Source of the DNA: Octopus sinensis
Taxonomy: Eukaryota
Length of the DNA: 64,000 bases
Reading direction: 5' to 3'
NCBI RefSeq assembly: GCF_006345805.1
Contig: NC_043019.1
Coordinates: 10,787,360 to 10,851,359 of the forward strand
Below the pieces are notes generated by a model that had not been told where the DNA came from, did no database searches, and saw only the letters and a program-made list of their open reading frames with translations. Of the stretch, positions 60,824-64,000 are shown one piece after another (positions within the stretch are counted from its first letter, which is position 1; each line of letters opens with the position of its first letter). A program made the position numbers and the translations under genes.

Positions 60824-62128
60824 CATGCATACATACATACATACATACATATATATATGTATGTATGTGTTATATTATAAGGCACAAAAAAAAAGACACT
60901 CCTCAGATACGACAGTGTATATATATATACACTGTCGTATCTGAGGAGTGTCATAACACTCACCGGTAAAATTTCCACTTATTTCTTATTTTTATTTTCC
61001 TAAAATTTTCATTGTGTCATGCAACCTTTTCAATAGTCTTGACTATTGAAAAGGTTGCATGACGCATAGAGGCACAGGTGTAGCTCTGTGTTTATGAGGC
61101 ATGATACATAGGTGGCTATTTTAATTTAATACTGTCTTAGTTGCATCATCATTATCATCATCACCATCATCATCATCATCATCAACATCCTTTAACATCC
61201 ATTTTCTATGCTGGCATAGGTTCGATGGTTTGACCAGAGCTGGCAAGCTGGGGAGCTGCACTTGGCTCCTGTCTGATTTGACTTGATTTCTACAGCTGGA
61301 TGCCCTTCCTGATGCCAACCACTTTACAATGTGTCTTGGGTGCTTTTAACATGCCACCAACATAAGGACCTTTTTATCTGGTACCGACACAGGACTGTTG
61401 CAGGCCAATTTTCTACAGCTGGATGCCCTTCCCAATGCCAACCACTTTACAATTTGTGTTGGGTGCTTTTAACATGCCACCAACATGAGGACCTTTTTAT
61501 CTGGTACTGACACAGGACTGTTGCAGGCCAATTTTCTACAGCTGGATGCCCTTCCTAATGCCAACCACTTTACAATGTGTCTTGGGTGCTTTTAACATGC
61601 CACCAACATGAGGACCTTTTTATCTGGTACCGACACAGGACTGTTGCAGGCCAATTTTCTACAGCTGGATGCCCTTCCTAATGCCAACCACTTTACAATG
61701 TGTGTTGGGTGCTTTTAACATGGCACCAACATGAGGACCTTTTTATGTGGTACCGACACAGGACAGTTGCAGGCCAATTCTCTTCATCAGTGGGAGCAGC
61801 CTTAACTCTTCTGCTGTGGAGGATGGGTCTTCTCGAATACAGCAAGGTACCAGATATCTTGGTCCTTTTTTCATCACTTCTGAAAGGTTCAGTATCCTGA
61901 GGTTGTCCTTGATATACCAAATTTTTATTTCCTTGTTGCTAGAAGTTTCGGTGGGATTACTTTAATTCAAATTTAATCAAAAGAAGTTAAAATTTGCAAC
62001 ACAAGCTCAGGTATTTATTATAACTGCTCTGCCCCCACCTCCCTTCTGCCTTTGTTTTTGCAGATGAAGTTCGAGAATTAAAGAAAATTCTGGCAGGTAA
62101 AAATCTTCAGATACCAATTATTGAAAAG
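46962..62128 (+). CDS. CCDC152: Coiled-coil protein, CCDC152-like; 5' part only (4 coding exons, 108 aa), continues beyond the window
   Basis: Exons 46962-47045, 52701-52806, 60031-60099, 62064-62128 join in frame: MAFSRNESLAVQNQKLDEFVKQSDHYYQAFLRIIKENTNLQDEIKSLYTAKGRLLDMNGKLEDDILKLHELIDGLQKQINILISAEDEVRELKKILAGKNLQIPIIEK. Heptad pattern; ungapped match LD..N..L..LH..I.GLQ..I..E..LK to human CCDC152 as remembered (not searched). Confidence 0.65.
47381..47560 (-). mobile_element. SINE family C, internally deleted
   Basis: Family motifs; ttttgtaatat on both flanks. Confidence 0.82.
47691..47978 (-). mobile_element. SINE family A, partial
   Basis: Tail and 3' half of the head in reverse orientation. 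Confidence 0.85.
48200..48760 (-). mobile_element. GC-rich, highly structured repeat resembling an RTE-type 5' leader
   Basis: Contains agggcatccttctaggagaagg and several local hairpins; inserted in a (TACA)n context; no coding similarity. Confidence 0.4.
48853..49262 (+). mobile_element. SINE family A, full length
   Basis: aggcgcagtagtggctgtgtggtaag...gagtaaaagag. Confidence 0.9.
49845..50827 (+). mobile_element. Cluster of SINE family A copies and fragments (49845-50450 degenerate; 50464-50827 near full)
   Basis: Repeated head and tail motifs in the same orientation. Confidence 0.8.
52127..52492 (+). mobile_element. Helentron/Helitron-associated non-autonomous element (HINE-like)
   Basis: 5' 16-bp hairpin actagcactatgaccc/gggtcatagtgctagt; 3' end cattttcccgtttatatatatagagatt; related 5' stub at ~51681. 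Confidence 0.55.
52701..52806 (+). CDS. CCDC152: CCDC152-like coding exon 2 (106 nt)
   Basis: tatttag acceptor, G|gtaag donor, open frame. Confidence 0.78.
52872..53857. repeat. ~165-bp tandem array, 6 copies, built from intron sequence plus SINE A tail
   Basis: cagaattgtttttattatt at 52875, 53037, 53200, 53367, 53532, 53701; the array resumes into the remaining SINE tail at 53858. Confidence 0.93.
54937..55152 (-). mobile_element. SINE family C with 17-bp TSD
   Basis: actagtttatataccta at 54920-54936 and 55153-55169. Confidence 0.92.
55390..55870 (-). mobile_element. RTE-type 3'UTR copy with ~63-bp internal repeats
   Basis: catcatcatc tail, ggatgcccttcctaacgccaaccac, ggtgctttttacgtgcc units at 55552, 55615 and 55678. 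Confidence 0.7.
56272..57970. repeat. Microsatellite cluster: (GA)n 56272-56357, (CA)n mosaic 56795-57240, gagagagagctgggga-type purine minisatellite 57437-57970
   Basis: Direct inspection. Confidence 0.92.
58246..58620 (-). mobile_element. tRNA-derived SINE, distinct family
   Basis: Minus strand head ggaggcgcaatggcccagtggttaggg...gtttcgattcccag (A/B boxes) followed by a non-tRNA body. Confidence 0.8.
59629..59860 (-). mobile_element. SINE family C, full length
   Basis: tatttcttta...ctgccagctcgccgcc. Confidence 0.88.
60031..60099 (+). CDS. CCDC152: CCDC152-like coding exon 3 (69 nt)
   Basis: cttccag acceptor, G|gtaag donor; LHELIDGLQ. Confidence 0.78.
60522..60752 (-). mobile_element. SINE family C between (TA)n tracts
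   Basis: Family motifs. Confidence 0.88.
60895..61066. repeat. Two perfect hairpins (58-bp palindrome 60895-60952; 23-bp stem 61016-61063)
   Basis: gacactcctcagatacgacagtg-tatatatatata-cactgtcgtatctgaggagtgtc; gtcatgcaaccttttcaatagtc-tt-gactattgaaaaggttgcatgac. Confidence 0.92.
61130..61920 (-). mobile_element. RTE 3' end/3'UTR with internal 4 x 123-bp tandem expansion (61288-61780)
   Basis: Minus strand IKDNLRILNLSEVMKKDQDIWYLAVFEKT, ggaagggcatccagctgtag units and a (GAT)n tail. Confidence 0.75.
62064..62128 (+). CDS. CCDC152: CCDC152-like coding exon 4 (65 nt)
   Basis: ttgcag acceptor, AAG|gtatt donor; an internal GCAG|gtaaaa alternative donor also exists. Confidence 0.7.
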
Positions 62129-62317
62129 GTATTTTTGTTTTTCTCTTTTTGTTGAAAATGTTATTGATGATATTTTTGTTGTAATTAATTTTGTTTACTG
62201 GAACTTCTATTCTTTTACTGGATTCAATCATTGGACTGCGACCATTCTGGGTCACCATCTTTGAAGAGATTTACTCAATCAGTGCAACTTTAGTATCAGC
62301 CTATATTAGTCTGTGTG

Positions 62318-62649
62318 AAGGCACATGGCTCAGTGGTTAGAGCATTGAGAGTACAATCGCGAGGTTGTGAGTTCGATTCCTGGACTGGGCTGCGTGTTGT
62401 ATTCTTGAGCAAGACACTTTATTTCATGTTGCTCCAGTTCACTCAGCTGTAGAAATGAGTTGCGATATCACTGGTGCCAAGTTGTATCGGCCTTTGCCTT
62501 TCCCTTGGATAACATCAGTAGCATGGAGAGGTGAGGCTGGTATGAATGGGCAACTGATGGTCTTCCATAAACAACCTTGCCCGGACTTGTACCTTGGAGT
62601 GTAACTTTGTAGGTGCAATCCCATGGTCATTCATGACTGAAGGGGGTCT
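62318..62649 (+). mobile_element. tRNA-derived CORE-type SINE
   Basis: tggctcagtggttag A box, gagttcgattcc B box, cttgagcaagacactt...cactcagctgtagaaatgag CORE-like domain. Confidence 0.78.
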
Positions 62650-62731
62650 CAAGTATTTTATTTTATTTTATCAATCTCTACTGGCTGAAGCGCAGTCAAA
62701 GAGACAATGTAAACAACGACAAAGATTTTTT

Positions 62732-62951
62732 TTAACTCTTTAGTATTTAAACCAGCCATATCCGGCCAAAAAATATTCTACATGTTTTATGTTCAAACTG
62801 GCCGAATCTATCTTCCTACACTTATCCTACAATGTTATTTAAAAAAAAAAAAGCAATCACATCACTGAAATCTTGAAGCTTCAAGATAATGCATGATTAA
62901 TACAAAATAATGTGAATAAATAAGAAGGGAATTTGAATGCGAAAGGGTTAA
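62732..62951. mobile_element. TTAA-flanked MITE (CCCTTT-type TIR family)
   Basis: ttaactctttag...gcgaaagggttaa; related fragments at 25409-25846, 55195-55385 and 60138-60400. Confidence 0.7.
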
Positions 62952-63299
62952 GATTAGTGTCCACATAAACCCTGACGCACACACACACACACACACACAT
63001 GCACATCATTATCATATATCTCCTCGTCCTTGGTCCTCTATCATATCTTGACCTCTCAGTGCCTGGCATAAAGCCATTGCCCTCACTACTACACCTCCAG
63101 TTTAGTTGAAGGATCATGTATTGTGAGTTTATAGTCATGTATAGTGCCAGTGCCACAAAGGAAGCACCTGGTACACTCTGTAAAATGGTTGGCATAAGGA
63201 AGGGCTTCTAGCTATGGAAATCATGTCAAAGCAGACACTGGACTTGTTGGTTCCTGTAGAACTGACCAACCTATACTGGGATGGGTTGTATGGTTTGAC

Positions 63300-63720
63300 A
63301 AGAACTAGCAAGCCCAGGGGCTACACCAGATTCCATAGTCTATTTTAGCTGGGTTTCTATGGCTAGATACCCTACCTAATGCCAACCACTTTATAGCGTG
63401 TACTGGGTGCTTTTCTGTGACACCATCACCAGTACATTTTACATGGCACCAGCACTCAAACCAATGCCTTTTACGTGGCACCTTTTACATTTCAGGATCT
63501 CAATTCTCTTGCGGTAGGCAGGTCTTCTTGAGTACAGAAATGCACTACATATCTTGGTCCTCTGTCATCTCGTCCCTAAGGTCCAGCATTTTGATACTTT
63601 GACCCATGTCTTCCTGGGTCTCCTTCTGCCACAACTTCCCTCCATTTCAAGTGGTCGGCATTTCTTTATGCAACTTCCAAGTACATAAATATCTCTTCCC
63701 ACCATGGGGCATCGCACACT
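63300..63720 (-). mobile_element. Degenerate RTE 3' fragment
   Basis: Minus strand CIKKCRPLEMEGSCGRRRPRKTW followed by the RTE 3'UTR motif. Confidence 0.65.
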
Positions 63721-64000
63721 ATTAAGGGCAAAGAGCAGTACATAATATTAGCCCTCAGAACATTTTTCCCCCTTTAGCATGAATAAACATTTCTCCTCCT
63801 TTTCCTAATTCCATCCACACCTCATTGTCTTTATGCTTGTGAGATTGGTTTCATGAATATATAATTTTACACTTATTTTAATTTTATTTCAGTTATTTTT
63901 ATTTTTGTTTATTGTATTTTTTTCTTATGTATGGTATTAATAGGCATATTTGTAACCTCATTTAAATATGAATGTGACTGTGTTTCTAGTATTTGTATGT

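Overview
AT-rich, microsatellite- and transposon-laden eukaryotic DNA. Repeat families and composition point to an octopus/cephalopod genome (inference). Two intron-containing genes lie on the + strand. (1) A complete MAP kinase-interacting kinase (MNK/MKNK/Lk6 family): 9 phase-consistent coding exons at 22199-32727, with the DFD motif, zinc-binding Cys insert and LARRR docking site. It has candidate upstream first exons, a TATA/CRE/ETS promoter at ~7.7 kb and a long U-rich 3'UTR. (2) The first four coding exons (46962-62128) of a coiled-coil protein that aligns without gaps to CCDC152 as I recall its sequence. An RFX X-box and a forkhead site lie just upstream, and the gene runs off the window. 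The rest is tRNA-derived SINEs, RTE and CRE-like LINE fragments, a DD37D maT/mariner relic, TTAA piggyBac-type MITEs, a Helentron-like element and many tandem arrays. The most striking unannotated signal is a set of at least six hammerhead-ribozyme motifs from three short (TA)n-flanked, Penelope-like repeat families. These include one fully canonical GUC hammerhead (40591-40672, -) and an 80-bp-arm palindrome carrying a hammerhead on each strand (42021-42210). No prokaryotic-type systems (CRISPR, operons) are present. All motif and family calls were made by eye without database searches.
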